Shown: positions 51,844 through 62,785 of the stretch, piece by piece | Numbering within the stretch: position 1 is the first letter of the stretch | Layout of the letters: the number at the start of each line of letters is the position of its first letter | Assembly: GCA_904419495.1 (NCBI GenBank) | Contig: CAJFRV010000007.1 | Coordinates: 21,763 to 85,762 of the forward strand | DNA: 64,000 nt | Source of the DNA: an uncultured Clostridia bacterium | Lineage (GTDB): Bacteria > Bacillota > Clostridia > TANB77 > CAG-508 | Reading direction: 5' to 3' | Notes under the pieces: generated by a model | The model's input: only the letters and a program-made list of their open reading frames with translations | Told to the model about the DNA's origin: nothing | Database searches by the model: none | Translations under genes and position numbers: made by a program

Positions 51844-53451
51844 TTGAAAGATAAGTTAGAAAAATGTAAAAGATTAATAATATACACACTAAAACTGCGC
51901 AAAAACGATAGCATATATTATCAAGAATTTCTTGAAATTTATAAAAAATCACAAGAAATATTAGGGCAAGAAGGGATTTTTTTAAATGAGAAAGATTTTG
52001 CAGAAAAAATATTAGAGCTTACTTTACTATCTTATAAAGCCATAAAATATGCAAAGGGTTCGGCAAAAATATTAAAAAACTATCAAGTCGATTCTCAAGA
52101 AATAGAAAATATAAGAAAAAAACTGATTTGTCAAGAAAGATTACATAAAGGCCAACAATTAACTTATGATATGATAAGGAAGTTTTTTGAAAATGAGCAA
52201 TATTTCTTACCTTTAGAAGAAAAGGAATATTTTGAAAAAATGCTAGATATTACAAATTTTAGACTTAGAAATATAAAATCTAAACCAGATAAAGCAAAGA
52301 CATCAATATTGGAAAATGAGGAAGTTAGTGATGAAGAAATTAGAAGTTTTAAAGAAAAACTTTTAAAAGAAGAAAAACTGCATTCAGGTGATACATTAAC
52401 ATATGAACAATGTAGAAATTTATTTGAAAAACATCATATCAGAATATCAGAAATAGATTTTATGGATAAAATATTAGATATAACAAATAAGGCCTACACA
52501 GAAATTAGGTATAATCCACAAAAAAGAGTAAGGATTTTAAAGAAAACAACTTTAAATAAAGAATTAATTTTGAAAATAAGAAGATATATCATTTGGAAAG
52601 AAAAGCTTTATAAAAAGCAGGAAAAGATTTATGATGAAATTAAAGCAATTTTTGATAAATATTATACTGTTCTATCAGAAATAGAATTTGCTGAAAAAAT
52701 GCTAGATATAACTGAGGCAAGTCTTAGAACGGTCAAAAGTAATGGAAATAAAGCAGTTATATTAAAAGACTTAGAAATAGATGAGAATACCATATCTAAG
52801 TTTAGAAAAAAACTTATCCAAAAAGAAAATCTGCACATAGGAGAAGGGATAACTTATTCACAATTTAAAAGAATATATAATGAGAATTATTTCCCATTAA
52901 ATGAAAAAGAATTTGCAGAGAAAATGTTAGATATTACATCAAAAGTATATGACAATCTGAAATCTACTAATAACACAAAAAAGAAAGCGATTATACTACA
53001 AAATGAAAAAATTTCTCCAGATGAAATTAAAGCCTTACAACAAGGAATATTAAAGGAATTACAAATAGGTGAATGGATAGATATAGATTGTTTGAGAGAA
53101 ATATATAAAAAATATCCTATTAGATTATTAGAAAGGGATTATGCAGAACAAATATTAGAAATTCCTAAAAGTAAATTGCATGATATGAGAGGAAAAAGAA
53201 AAATCAAAGCAAGAATTTTTTTAGGACTGTTAGAAAAATATGGTACAGAGATATCTAAATCTCTTGATAGTAATGGTTATTATTTAGGATATAGGATAGA
53301 CTTAGAAGAATTTGAAAAAATTTATGAAAAATTTGGTAAACAAGGAACCAGAAGAACTTTTGCTGAAGTAATCGGTGTTGATATACGGAATTTTACGAAA
53401 AGGCTTAAAACAACCAATTTTAAACAAAAGAATAAAAAAAGCAAAAGATAA
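51844..53451 (+). CDS. Hypothetical protein built from ~6 tandem ~75-aa repeats, each ending in an HTH-like segment (EFAEKMLDIT...)
   Basis: The unit [E]KL[HY].G..LTY......F......L.E.EFAEKMLDIT......L recurs at aa ~95, 175, 250, 330, 400 and 470. Confidence 0.45.
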   Translation: MKDKLEKCKRLIIYTLKLRKNDSIYYQEFLEIYKKSQEILGQEGIFLNEKDFAEKILELTLLSYKAIKYAKGSAKILKNYQVDSQEIENIRKKLICQERLHKGQQLTYDMIRKFFENEQYFLPLEEKEYFEKMLDITNFRLRNIKSKPDKAKTSILENEEVSDEEIRSFKEKLLKEEKLHSGDTLTYEQCRNLFEKHHIRISEIDFMDKILDITNKAYTEIRYNPQKRVRILKKTTLNKELILKIRRYIIWKEKLYKKQEKIYDEIKAIFDKYYTVLSEIEFAEKMLDITEASLRTVKSNGNKAVILKDLEIDENTISKFRKKLIQKENLHIGEGITYSQFKRIYNENYFPLNEKEFAEKMLDITSKVYDNLKSTNNTKKKAIILQNEKISPDEIKALQQGILKELQIGEWIDIDCLREIYKKYPIRLLERDYAEQILEIPKSKLHDMRGKRKIKARIFLGLLEKYGTEISKSLDSNGYYLGYRIDLEEFEKIYEKFGKQGTRRTFAEVIGVDIRNFTKRLKTTNFKQKNKKSKR

Positions 53452-54184
53452 TTTTAAAAATAGTATAAAAGATACAAGTGTAGAATTTCATTCAAAACAA
53501 GAAATAAAAACATTTGCAGAGGAAAATGATATTACATTTGAAGAGTGCTTAAAATATATATTGACAATATTTATTTATGATGTAAAGGAAATTAAAGAAA
53601 TATTAGAAAAACAAAATGGATGTTGGTATGGCAAGAAAAAAATAGGGTGTTCAACAGAATTTATACAGAAATATGTAAATAGAATTACAGATATTTCTAG
53701 AGCTATAGCAGTAAAATTGTGCAACAATTATAAAATTGCTTCAAAGATAGAAGATTATGCATCAGATGCATTTCTATATATTATAGAAAAATGTGGTGAT
53801 TTAGAAAAAAATTTTGAAGATGATGAAGACACACTTTTTAGAAAAATAACATTGAGAGCTAAATTGGCAATGAAAGGCAAAATAATATTGGATAATTTTG
53901 TGATTAAGAAAACTAGAACATGTTACAATACAGATAAATATGGAAATCTTGAAGTAAAAGATGATAAATCAGATGTAGAAAATGAAGCTTTAAAGAAAGT
54001 GTATGATGAAGATAAAGATATAGCACAAATAAAAATGGAGATTCTTAAGAGAATTGATATGGGAGAAGATGTAGATGATGTGTTAGAAGATTTATCCGAG
54101 AAACTAAGTTGTGATAAAAATGAACTAGTAATGAAAATTAGAGAATATTATATTGAAAATACAAATGAAGGTATTTCATATTAA
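53375..54184 (+). CDS. Hypothetical acidic protein with a sigma-70 region-2-like segment. It may be the frameshifted continuation of 51844..53451.
   Basis: GTG start in the +1 frame; overlaps the previous ORF by 77 nt across a 7-A run; YASDAFLYIIEKCGDLEKNF...TLFRKITLRAKLAM motif. Confidence 0.35.
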   Translation: MLIYGILRKGLKQPILNKRIKKAKDNFKNSIKDTSVEFHSKQEIKTFAEENDITFEECLKYILTIFIYDVKEIKEILEKQNGCWYGKKKIGCSTEFIQKYVNRITDISRAIAVKLCNNYKIASKIEDYASDAFLYIIEKCGDLEKNFEDDEDTLFRKITLRAKLAMKGKIILDNFVIKKTRTCYNTDKYGNLEVKDDKSDVENEALKKVYDEDKDIAQIKMEILKRIDMGEDVDDVLEDLSEKLSCDKNELVMKIREYYIENTNEGISY

Positions 54185-54315
54185 AGAATTAAAATGGGGT
54201 AGCTTAATCTAAGAAATAAAAGGATTGAGCTACTTCTTTGTAATTTTAAGAAAAATAATTGCTTAAAAAATGAATGACTGATATAATTAAAGAAAAAATA
54301 AAGGAAGAAAAAATA

Positions 54316-54846
54316 ATGAAAACATTAATTTTAAATGGTTCACCTCATAAAAATGGAGACACAGCATATATGGTAAGTAAGATAAAAGAAAAGTTAGATG
54401 GAGAATTTGAAGAAATCTATCTATATGATGAAAATATAAAACCATGTATAGATTGTAGATACTGTTGGAAACAGGAAGGATGTAGTATCAAAGATGGAAT
54501 GGAGAAAATTTATAAAGATAACTATGATGTTCTTATATTAGCTTCTCCTGTATATATGTATAATATGACACCACCTATGTTTAACATGGTAACAAGATTA
54601 AATTGGATATGGAGTAATCAATACTTTTTAAACAAAGAAATCGTTTTTAAGAAAAAAAGAGGTATTTTAGTTTTAGCCGGTGGGGGAAGTGGAGAACCAA
54701 GGCATGCACTAGATATGGCTAAATTAGTTTTTAAGTTTTTGAATGCAGATTTTGATATGGAAAAAGATTATATTTATTCATTACATACAAATGAAATACC
54801 CGCAAAAGAAGATAAACAAATAGAAGAAATGATAAAAAAATTATAG
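54316..54846 (+). CDS. Flavodoxin-like fold NAD(P)H-dependent FMN reductase / iron-sulfur flavoprotein family
   Basis: MKTLILNGSPHKNGDT FMN-binding N-terminus, a Cys cluster (CIDCRYCWKQEGC), LASPVYMYNMTP. Confidence 0.6.
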   Translation: MKTLILNGSPHKNGDTAYMVSKIKEKLDGEFEEIYLYDENIKPCIDCRYCWKQEGCSIKDGMEKIYKDNYDVLILASPVYMYNMTPPMFNMVTRLNWIWSNQYFLNKEIVFKKKRGILVLAGGGSGEPRHALDMAKLVFKFLNADFDMEKDYIYSLHTNEIPAKEDKQIEEMIKKL

Positions 54847-54859
54847 GAGGAATTTTTAT

Positions 54860-55984
54860 ATGAAAAAAATATCTATTTTTGGTTCAACAGGTTCTATTGG
54901 AACTACAACATTAAGAATTGTAGAGGAAAATCCTAATTTATTTCAAGCAATTACATTAGTGGCAGGAAGAAATATTACAAAATTGATTGAGCAAATTCAC
55001 AAATTTCAACCAAAACATGTGTATATTACAGCAAAAGAAAATGCAGATAGGTTAAAAAAAGAATTCCCTGATTTAGACATCTATTATGGAGAAAAAGGGT
55101 TAGAAGAAATTTCTAAATTAGAAGATGCGGATATTGCTGTATCAGCTTTAGTTGGGATTTCAGGATTAGAACCAACCTACAACATGATAAAACATACAAA
55201 ACAAGTTGCATTAGCCAATAAAGAAGTATTGGTAACAGGTGGTTCTCTCATTATGAATTTAGCAAAAGAATGTAAAACAGAGTTACTAACAGTAGATAGT
55301 GAACATAGTGCCATTATGCAATGTCTGAGAGGAGAAGAAACCAACCCTATTGATAAAATATTATTAACTGCATCAGGAGGACCATTTTTTGATAAACCAA
55401 TTACAGATGATATCACACCAGAACAAGCTTTAAATCATCCTACATGGAAAATGGGACCAAAAGTTACCATTGACTCATCTACTATGATGAATAAAGGATT
55501 TGAAGTTATAGAAGCTAAATGGTTGTTTGATGTAGATCCATCAAATATCCAAGTGGTTGTACATAGACAAAGTTTGGTACATTCTATGGTACAATTTAAA
55601 GATGGAACAATTATGGCAAATATTGGACCAAAAGATATGCAAATCCCAATTGCATATGCTTTAAATTATCCAACTAGGTTAGAAAATAACATTGAGAAAT
55701 TAGATTTATTTGAAGTGCAAACATTAAAATTTGAAAAGCCAGATTTAGAAAAATTTAAATGTTTAAAATTAGCTTTCCAAGCAATAGAAATGGGGCATAG
55801 TGCGCAAGTTGTCCTAAATGCTGCAAATGAGGTGGCAGTAAAGAAATTTTTGGATAAAAAAATTAAGTATACAGACATTCCTAAAATGATAGAAAAAGCG
55901 TTAAACAATCATAAAGTTAAATCTTTAACAACTGTAGAAGAGATTTTAGAACTGGATAAGAAAGTTAGAGAAGAACTTTTATAG
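54860..55984 (+). CDS. dxr: 1-deoxy-D-xylulose 5-phosphate reductoisomerase
   Basis: GSTGSIGTTTL NADPH motif, LANKE, conserved Dxr C-terminal domain, 374 aa. Confidence 0.9.
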   Translation: MKKISIFGSTGSIGTTTLRIVEENPNLFQAITLVAGRNITKLIEQIHKFQPKHVYITAKENADRLKKEFPDLDIYYGEKGLEEISKLEDADIAVSALVGISGLEPTYNMIKHTKQVALANKEVLVTGGSLIMNLAKECKTELLTVDSEHSAIMQCLRGEETNPIDKILLTASGGPFFDKPITDDITPEQALNHPTWKMGPKVTIDSSTMMNKGFEVIEAKWLFDVDPSNIQVVVHRQSLVHSMVQFKDGTIMANIGPKDMQIPIAYALNYPTRLENNIEKLDLFEVQTLKFEKPDLEKFKCLKLAFQAIEMGHSAQVVLNAANEVAVKKFLDKKIKYTDIPKMIEKALNNHKVKSLTTVEEILELDKKVREELL

Positions 55985-55997
55985 AATCAGCTAAATT

Positions 55998-56023
55998 AAA
56001 AAGATATCTTTCGATATCTTTTT
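55998..56023. terminator. Bidirectional terminator between dxr and guaA
   Basis: aaaagatatc-tttc-gatatcttttt. Confidence 0.55.
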
Positions 56024-56042
56024 AATTTTATAATATTTCAAA

Positions 56043-57581
56043 TTATTCCCATTCAATTGTTGCAGGTGGTTTTGAAGTAATATCATAAACTACTCTATTA
56101 ACATGTTTTACTTCGTTTACAATTCTAGATGAAACTTTTTCTAATATTTCGTATGGAATTTTACTCCAAACTCCTGTCATGAAATCTGTTGTTTCTACTG
56201 CACGTAATGCAATTGTATAATCATAAGTTCTTTCATCTCCCATAACACCAACAGATTTTAAATTTGTTAATACAGCAAAATATTGATTTATAGATTTATG
56301 TAGTCCAGCATTTGCAATTTCTTCTCTAAAAATACTGTCTGCTTCTTTTAATATATCTAATTTATCTTCTGTAATATCACCAATAACTCTAATTGCTAAT
56401 CCCGGTCCGGGGAATGGTTGTCTAAACACTAAGTTTTCTGGTATTCCCAATTCTAAACCAGTCTTTCTAACTTCATCTTTAAATAAATTTCTTAATGGCT
56501 CTACAATTTCTTTAAAATCTACATAATCTGGAAGTCCACCAACATTGTGATGACTTTTAATAACAGAACTTTTTCCTAAACCACTTTCGATAACGTCAGG
56601 GTAGATAGTACCTTGCACTAGAAAATCTACTGTACCAATTTTCTTTGCTTCTTCTTCAAAAACTCTAATAAATTCTTCTCCAATAATTTTTCTTTTTCTT
56701 TCTGGATCGGTAACACCAGCAAGTTTTGCTAAAAATCTATCTTTTGCATTTACTCTAATTAAGTTAATATCAAATTGATTTCTGAAAACTTCTTCAACTT
56801 CATCACCTTCATTTTTACGAAGTAGGCCATGGTCAACAAAAATACATGTTAAGTTTTTGCCAATTGCTTTATGTAATAATACAGCTGCAACAGATGAATC
56901 AACACCACCAGATAGGGCACATAAAGCCTTTTTATCTCCAATTTTCTCTTTTAAAGTTTTAATGCTATCTTCTACAAAAGAAGAAATTTGCCAATCTCCA
57001 GAACAACCACAAATGTTAAATAAGAAATTCTTAATGACTTGTGTTCCATTCACAGATAAGTTTACCTCTGGATGGAATTGAATACCATATAGTTTTTTCT
57101 CTGCATTTTCCATTGCAGCATTTGGGCAATGATTTGTTGAACCAATATTTTTAAAACCATTTGGTACTTCAGATACAAAGTCTGTATGACTCATTAAGAA
57201 ATCATTTGTTGTTTCAAATCCTTGAAATAGGGAAGAGGTGTTATCGATATTTACCTTAGTTGTTCCATATTCTCTTGTATTTGCTCTTGCTACATTTCCA
57301 CCTAAAGTATAGGTCATTAATTGCATACCATAACAAATTCCTAAAACAGGAATACCTAAATCAAAAATGCCTTCTGCACATTTAGGAGAATCTTCTCCAT
57401 AAACACTGGCAGGTCCACCTGTAAAGATAATTCCTTTTGGATTTTTTTCTTTGATTTTTTCGATAGAAATGTTGTATGGTACAACTTCAGAATATACATT
57501 ACATTCTCTAACTCTTCTTGCAATTAGTTGATTGTATTGTCCACCAAAGTCTAAAATTAAAATTAATTCATTTTCTTTCAT
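56043..57581 (-). CDS. guaA: GMP synthase (glutamine-hydrolysing)
   Basis: N-terminal GATase ([10 protein letters not shown], catalytic Cys in GICYGMQ), ATP-PPase SGGVDSS motif, C-terminal dimerisation domain ending in IEWE. Confidence 0.95.
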   Translation of the reverse strand: MKENELILILDFGGQYNQLIARRVRECNVYSEVVPYNISIEKIKEKNPKGIIFTGGPASVYGEDSPKCAEGIFDLGIPVLGICYGMQLMTYTLGGNVARANTREYGTTKVNIDNTSSLFQGFETTNDFLMSHTDFVSEVPNGFKNIGSTNHCPNAAMENAEKKLYGIQFHPEVNLSVNGTQVIKNFLFNICGCSGDWQISSFVEDSIKTLKEKIGDKKALCALSGGVDSSVAAVLLHKAIGKNLTCIFVDHGLLRKNEGDEVEEVFRNQFDINLIRVNAKDRFLAKLAGVTDPERKRKIIGEEFIRVFEEEAKKIGTVDFLVQGTIYPDVIESGLGKSSVIKSHHNVGGLPDYVDFKEIVEPLRNLFKDEVRKTGLELGIPENLVFRQPFPGPGLAIRVIGDITEDKLDILKEADSIFREEIANAGLHKSINQYFAVLTNLKSVGVMGDERTYDYTIALRAVETTDFMTGVWSKIPYEILEKVSSRIVNEVKHVNRVVYDITSKPPATIEWE

Positions 57582-57759
57582 ATTTACCTCCGTTTTTCTA
57601 TATTATAAAATAGAAAACAATTTTATATCAAAAATTTTATCACATTTTGTAAAAAAAGTAAAGATTGCAAACTATGTATAAATTTGTTATAATTAATAGA
57701 GAAAAGATTGGTATTTCGGAGTTACTACATAAAAAAATCAATTAACCACCGAAAGGAGA

Positions 57760-59037
57760 TTGGTTATGGGATATATAGATGAAAAAGAAGTAATAAAAGA
57801 AAATGTAAAGCTTACGCAAAGATTCGACAATAAACTTCCATATGATATATATTATGTAGAATTTAAATTACTAGATGGAACATCTAAAAAAGTAAGAGTA
57901 TTTTCTGAAAAAGGCACAATTCCAGATATGCGTTCAAAAGAATACGAAGAATTAAAAAAATCCCATGGACATGAAATAAAAGAATTCTTTTTTACAAGAT
58001 TATTGGGAAAAAATGGACTAATGGCAAAAGAAGGTCGTGAAGACTACATATATTTAGGTGGTGGCTTTTTAGAAAGAGGATATCTAGCAAGTCGACATAT
58101 AGTATTAGAAAATGGAAAAACTGGACAAGAACAGTTTGACGATAATTTATTTAAATTAAAATTACAAGTTGAAACTATAGAGAAAGAAGAAACAGAAAAT
58201 AAAGAAAATACAGGTAAACATTATGCAATAAGTGATTTACATGGTCATTATGGAACATATACAGAGATTATGAAACGACTTACTTCAAAAGACCACTTAT
58301 ATATTTTAGGAGATGTGATTGATAGAACCCCCTATGGCATAAAGATTCTGCTAGATATCATAAGGCGTCAGCAACAACCAGAAAGAAATCCTCAAATAAC
58401 ATTTCTTTTAGGGAACCATGAAATGCAATTAATAAAAACATTAACCATACGAAAAGAATACAATAGAGCTCATCCAGAAAATTCATTATCTTTAGAAGAC
58501 ATACATAATGGACGTTATGCTATGAGCAGAATGTCTGAACATGATAAACATTATATAGATACTTGGTTAAATAGTAATGGTGGAGATCAAACTTATCCAT
58601 ATTTTGTAAATGCATCAGATGAAGAAAAAAAACAGATACTAGAGCTTTTCGATAAGGCTTATGTCATATTGCCACAAACAATTAATGGACAAGATTATCT
58701 ATTAGTACATGCTGAACCAACAACAGATATAGAAATATTAAAAGAAATGAAACAAACAGGAAAAGGGTATCGATATTCAGAATTATCGAATAGTGAAAGA
58801 AAACATATGCTAGAAAGTAGAGGCGTAGAGGGATATAGAGAAGCAAGAAATGTTGGATTTGTCACAACAATATGTGGACATACACCTTGGTCTGAAATTT
58901 ATATAAATGAAAAAAGAGGAGTTATTAGAATAGACACAGGAGCAAGTAATCGTATAGCCTTGTACTGCATAGACGATGGCTCTGTTCAATACATTCCCAA
59001 CAAGGAAAATGAGATTGACAACCTCCAATATAAATAA
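57760..59037 (+). CDS. Calcineurin-like metallophosphoesterase (PPP-family phosphatase-like) with an extra N-terminal ~150-aa domain
   Basis: DLHGH, GDVIDR and GNHE metal-binding motifs from aa ~160. Confidence 0.65.
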   Translation: MVMGYIDEKEVIKENVKLTQRFDNKLPYDIYYVEFKLLDGTSKKVRVFSEKGTIPDMRSKEYEELKKSHGHEIKEFFFTRLLGKNGLMAKEGREDYIYLGGGFLERGYLASRHIVLENGKTGQEQFDDNLFKLKLQVETIEKEETENKENTGKHYAISDLHGHYGTYTEIMKRLTSKDHLYILGDVIDRTPYGIKILLDIIRRQQQPERNPQITFLLGNHEMQLIKTLTIRKEYNRAHPENSLSLEDIHNGRYAMSRMSEHDKHYIDTWLNSNGGDQTYPYFVNASDEEKKQILELFDKAYVILPQTINGQDYLLVHAEPTTDIEILKEMKQTGKGYRYSELSNSERKHMLESRGVEGYREARNVGFVTTICGHTPWSEIYINEKRGVIRIDTGASNRIALYCIDDGSVQYIPNKENEIDNLQYK

Positions 59038-59052
59038 GGTAAAATTAGTGCA

Positions 59053-59108
59053 GAAAAAATCAGAAAGCCGTAAAATGTATACGAATTTTATGGATTTCTG
59101 ATTTTTTC
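59053..59108. terminator. Long hairpin between convergent genes
   Basis: gaaaaaatcagaaa-N28-tttctgattttttc, 14-bp stem. Confidence 0.45.
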
Positions 59109-59656
59109 TATAGCACGCCACTTGTAGGAATATAGGTATCATCTGGAGGATAAACATATTCTTCATTTGGTTTATCAACTGTTTTCATTTCTGTAACTTT
59201 AACAATTGGCATATCACCATGATAGTTGCCTTTGGTTATTTCACCAGCTAATTCTACCCATGTATTATCTTTAAAGTCTTGTGCTTTATCAAACTCACAT
59301 AGAAAACCTACAATCACATATTGAAAATCAGAAGAAATAATCATATCTCTTGCCAATATAAATTGGGTATCTGTTAAATCTAAGACACGATATACATACC
59401 CTGTAAATTGGATTTTTACTCCAACATAATTATCTATATTTTCATGAACTGCTTTCAAAACATTGGTATAGTTTTTTGTAGAAATAATAGAAACATCATC
59501 TTGAGGCATGCAACTAGAAATATTTCTATTATTTTTAGCACCAGTAAACAGTTTAATACTAACAAAAATTAAGATAACAATAATCAATAACACAATCCCT
59601 GTAAAGAAATATTTAAAAATTTTACTACCATTTACTTTAAAATTATATATAAACAT
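59108..59656 (-). CDS. Hypothetical membrane-anchored protein
   Basis: N-terminal TM helix (FFTGIVLLIIVILIFVSI); no motifs. Confidence 0.4.
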   Translation of the reverse strand: MFIYNFKVNGSKIFKYFFTGIVLLIIVILIFVSIKLFTGAKNNRNISSCMPQDDVSIISTKNYTNVLKAVHENIDNYVGVKIQFTGYVYRVLDLTDTQFILARDMIISSDFQYVIVGFLCEFDKAQDFKDNTWVELAGEITKGNYHGDMPIVKVTEMKTVDKPNEEYVYPPDDTYIPTSGVL

Positions 59657-59719
59657 AAAAAATCCTTTCTTTCATAAGTTTTGTTATTTAAATATATGTA
59701 TGAAAAAATCGATTATGCT

Positions 59720-59839
59720 AAAATTGTGATGATTTTGGGGACGGAGCAAAAAATCATCATTTATATAAAGACTTTTTATATGATTTTTCATAGAATAAAT
59801 GATGATTTTTTGCTCCGTCCCCAAAATCATCACAATTTT
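59720..59839. repeat. REPIN-like element, family 2: perfect 44-bp inverted repeats around a 32-bp spacer; each arm is itself a hairpin with GGGGACGGAGCA in the loop
   Basis: aaaattgtgatgattttggggacggagcaaaaaatcatcattta and its exact reverse complement at 59796..59839; it shares the TTGGGGACG core with family 1. Confidence 0.7.
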
Positions 59840-59927
59840 AATAAATGACTTTAAAACACTTGATAAAAAAAGATTTTAGTGATATAGTAACAAAGTGAAA
59901 AAATAAACTTAGGAGGACCGATTAACA

Positions 59928-62672
59928 ATGGGATTATTTAAAACATATAGTGAGAAAGAAGTAAAAAGAGTAAAGCCATTAGTTACTAAAATCAATGCAC
60001 TTGAAGAAGAAATGCAAAAATTAAGTGATAGTGAATTAAGAGGAAAAACAGACTATTTTAAAAAACAATTAGCAGATGGTAAAACATTAGATGATATATT
60101 ACCAGAAGCATTCGCAGTTGTTAGAGAAGCTTCTAAAAGAGTTTTAGGAATGAGACACTTTGATGTGCAATTAATTGGTGGTATTATCTTGCACCAAGGT
60201 AGAATCGCAGAAATGAAAACAGGTGAAGGAAAAACATTAGTTGCTACATTGCCAGTATACTTAAATGCACTTGAAGGAAAAGGTGTTCACGTTATTACAG
60301 TAAATGATTACCTAGCAAAAAGAGATAGTGAATGGATGGGAAAACTATATAAATTCTTAGGGCTATCTGTTGGATTAGTAATTAGCGGTATGGAGCCTAA
60401 AGCAAAACAAGAAGCATATAATGCAGATGTTACATATGGTACAAATAATGAATTTGGATTTGATTACTTAAGAGATAATATGGTTATTTATAAAGATCAA
60501 TTGGTACAAAGAGGATTACATTATGCCATTGTCGATGAGATCGATAGTATTTTAATTGATGAAGCTAGAACACCACTGATTATTTCAGGAAGAGCAAATC
60601 AATCATCTGATTTATATAAAAAAGCAGATAATTTTGTTAGAAGATTAACACCAAAAGTCATTGTAGAAGAAGATGTTAAGAATTATGAACAAGCAGAAGA
60701 CAATGAAAAATATGACTATATTGTAGACTTAAAAGCAAAATCTGCATCATTAACACAAAAAGGTATCAAAAAAGCAGAAGAAGCCTTTGGACTAGAAAAT
60801 TTCAACGACTTAGAAAATTCAACATTAGTTCATCATGTAAACCAAGCTTTAAGAGCACATGGTGTTATGAAAAAAGACATTGACTATATCGTAAAAGATG
60901 GAGAAGTATTAATTGTTGATGAATTTACAGGTCGTATCATGTATGGAAGAAGATATAACAATGGATTACATCAAGCAATAGAAGCAAAAGAGCATGTAAA
61001 AATTGCTGATGAATCAAAAACATTGGCAACCATTACATTCCAAAATTATTTTAGAATGTACGAAAAGTTATCTGGTATGACAGGTACAGCTATGACAGAA
61101 GAAGCAGAATTCGAAGAAATCTATAACTTAGATGTTGTTGAAATACCTACAAATAAGCCAATGATTCGTAAAGATGAAAATGATGTCATTTACAAAAATG
61201 AAAATGCCAAATTTAGAGCAATTGTAAGAAGTATTAAAGAAAGCCATGAAAAAGGTCAACCAGTTTTAGTAGGTACTGTTTCTATTGAAAAATCTGAAAA
61301 ATTAAGCAGATTGTTGAAACAAGAAGGTATTAAACATGAAGTATTAAATGCCAAATATCATGAAAAAGAAGCTGAAATTGTTGCACAAGCTGGTAAGTTT
61401 GGAGCAGTAACCATTGCAACAAACATGGCAGGACGTGGTACAGATATTATCTTAGGTGGAAATAGTGAATTTTTAGCTAAAGAAGAAATGAGAAGAAAGA
61501 AAATGTCTCATGAATTAATTGAAGAGGCGAACACTTATTATGAAACAGATAATGAAGATATCTTAAATGCTAGAAAAGAATTTAAAAAATTAGTTGATAA
61601 ATATGAAGAACAAATTGAAGAAGAAAAACAAAAAGTTATCGATGCTGGTGGATTAAAAATTATTGGAACAGAGAGACACGAATCAAGAAGAATTGACAAC
61701 CAGTTAAGAGGTCGTTCAGGACGTCAAGGAGATATTGGTGAATCTAAATTCTATATCGCATTAGATGACGACTTAATGAAAATCTTTGGTGGAGATGTCA
61801 TCACAAAAGTATACAATTCATTAGGTGCAGATGAAAATATGCCTATTGATTCTAAAATCATATCTAGAGCTGTTGAAAATGCTCAAAAGAAAGTAGAAGG
61901 AAGAAACTTTAGTATTCGTAAGAATGTATTAAAATATGATGATGTTATGAATGCACAAAGAGAAATTATTTATGCACAAAGACGTGAAGTTTTAGATGGT
62001 GAAAATATTCATGATAATATCATAGATATGGTAAATTCTGTTGCTGATGCTACAGTTAACATGTATGTAGAACCAGAAAATAATGAAGTAAATATCGAAG
62101 CTTTAAATCAAGATATTTTAAATACTTATGGAATAGATATGCTTACATATATTAAGGACCATAACTCTGAACCAGAGAAAATTTCTAAAGAACTAGTTAA
62201 ACAAGCAAATGCAAAATATGTAGAAAAAGAAACAGAAATTGGATCTGAGCAAATGAGAGAACTTGAAAGAATTGTTATGCTTAAGGTTGTTGATGAAAAA
62301 TGGATGAACCATATAGACAGTATGGATGAACTAAAAAATGGTATTGGACTTCGTGCTTATGGACAACAAGACCCTGTTGTTAAATACAGAATTGAAGGTA
62401 TGGACATGTTTGAAGAAATGGTTTCAGATATAAAAGTAGATGTAACAAAAATCTTAATGAATATTCGTGAGCAAGGTGAGGCAAAAAGACAAGAAACTGT
62501 TAAGATTACTGGAGCAGCATTAGAAGCAATCCATAGTGTTGATGGAGGAGCAAAAATTGGAACAGATGTTGATAGAACTATTAGAAATGAGGGACCAAAG
62601 GTAGGAAGAAATGACCCATGTCCATGCGGAAGTGGGAAGAAATATAAGAACTGTTGTGGAAAGAATGCATAA
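59928..62672 (+). CDS. secA: Preprotein translocase ATPase SecA
   Basis: DEAD motor motifs ([21 protein letters not shown]), C-terminal zinc-binding [14 protein letters not shown]. Confidence 0.95.
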   Translation: MGLFKTYSEKEVKRVKPLVTKINALEEEMQKLSDSELRGKTDYFKKQLADGKTLDDILPEAFAVVREASKRVLGMRHFDVQLIGGIILHQGRIAEMKTGEGKTLVATLPVYLNALEGKGVHVITVNDYLAKRDSEWMGKLYKFLGLSVGLVISGMEPKAKQEAYNADVTYGTNNEFGFDYLRDNMVIYKDQLVQRGLHYAIVDEIDSILIDEARTPLIISGRANQSSDLYKKADNFVRRLTPKVIVEEDVKNYEQAEDNEKYDYIVDLKAKSASLTQKGIKKAEEAFGLENFNDLENSTLVHHVNQALRAHGVMKKDIDYIVKDGEVLIVDEFTGRIMYGRRYNNGLHQAIEAKEHVKIADESKTLATITFQNYFRMYEKLSGMTGTAMTEEAEFEEIYNLDVVEIPTNKPMIRKDENDVIYKNENAKFRAIVRSIKESHEKGQPVLVGTVSIEKSEKLSRLLKQEGIKHEVLNAKYHEKEAEIVAQAGKFGAVTIATNMAGRGTDIILGGNSEFLAKEEMRRKKMSHELIEEANTYYETDNEDILNARKEFKKLVDKYEEQIEEEKQKVIDAGGLKIIGTERHESRRIDNQLRGRSGRQGDIGESKFYIALDDDLMKIFGGDVITKVYNSLGADENMPIDSKIISRAVENAQKKVEGRNFSIRKNVLKYDDVMNAQREIIYAQRREVLDGENIHDNIIDMVNSVADATVNMYVEPENNEVNIEALNQDILNTYGIDMLTYIKDHNSEPEKISKELVKQANAKYVEKETEIGSEQMRELERIVMLKVVDEKWMNHIDSMDELKNGIGLRAYGQQDPVVKYRIEGMDMFEEMVSDIKVDVTKILMNIREQGEAKRQETVKITGAALEAIHSVDGGAKIGTDVDRTIRNEGPKVGRNDPCPCGSGKKYKNCCGKNA

Positions 62673-62785
62673 TAGGAGTATTTCAATTAATAATAATGGG
62701 GGGAGGCTTAAAGTCTCCACTTTTGCATTTACTATTTATAGAAATATTATATAATAATACATATATAAGTTAGGAGTGTGATAAT

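Noticed and set aside
57582-57759. Purine riboswitch upstream of guaA
   Set aside because: I found no match to the conserved guanine-aptamer core (UAUAAUCGCGUGGAUAUGGCACGCAAGUUUCUACCGGGCACCGUAAAUGUCCGACUAUG) in the leader on the minus strand.
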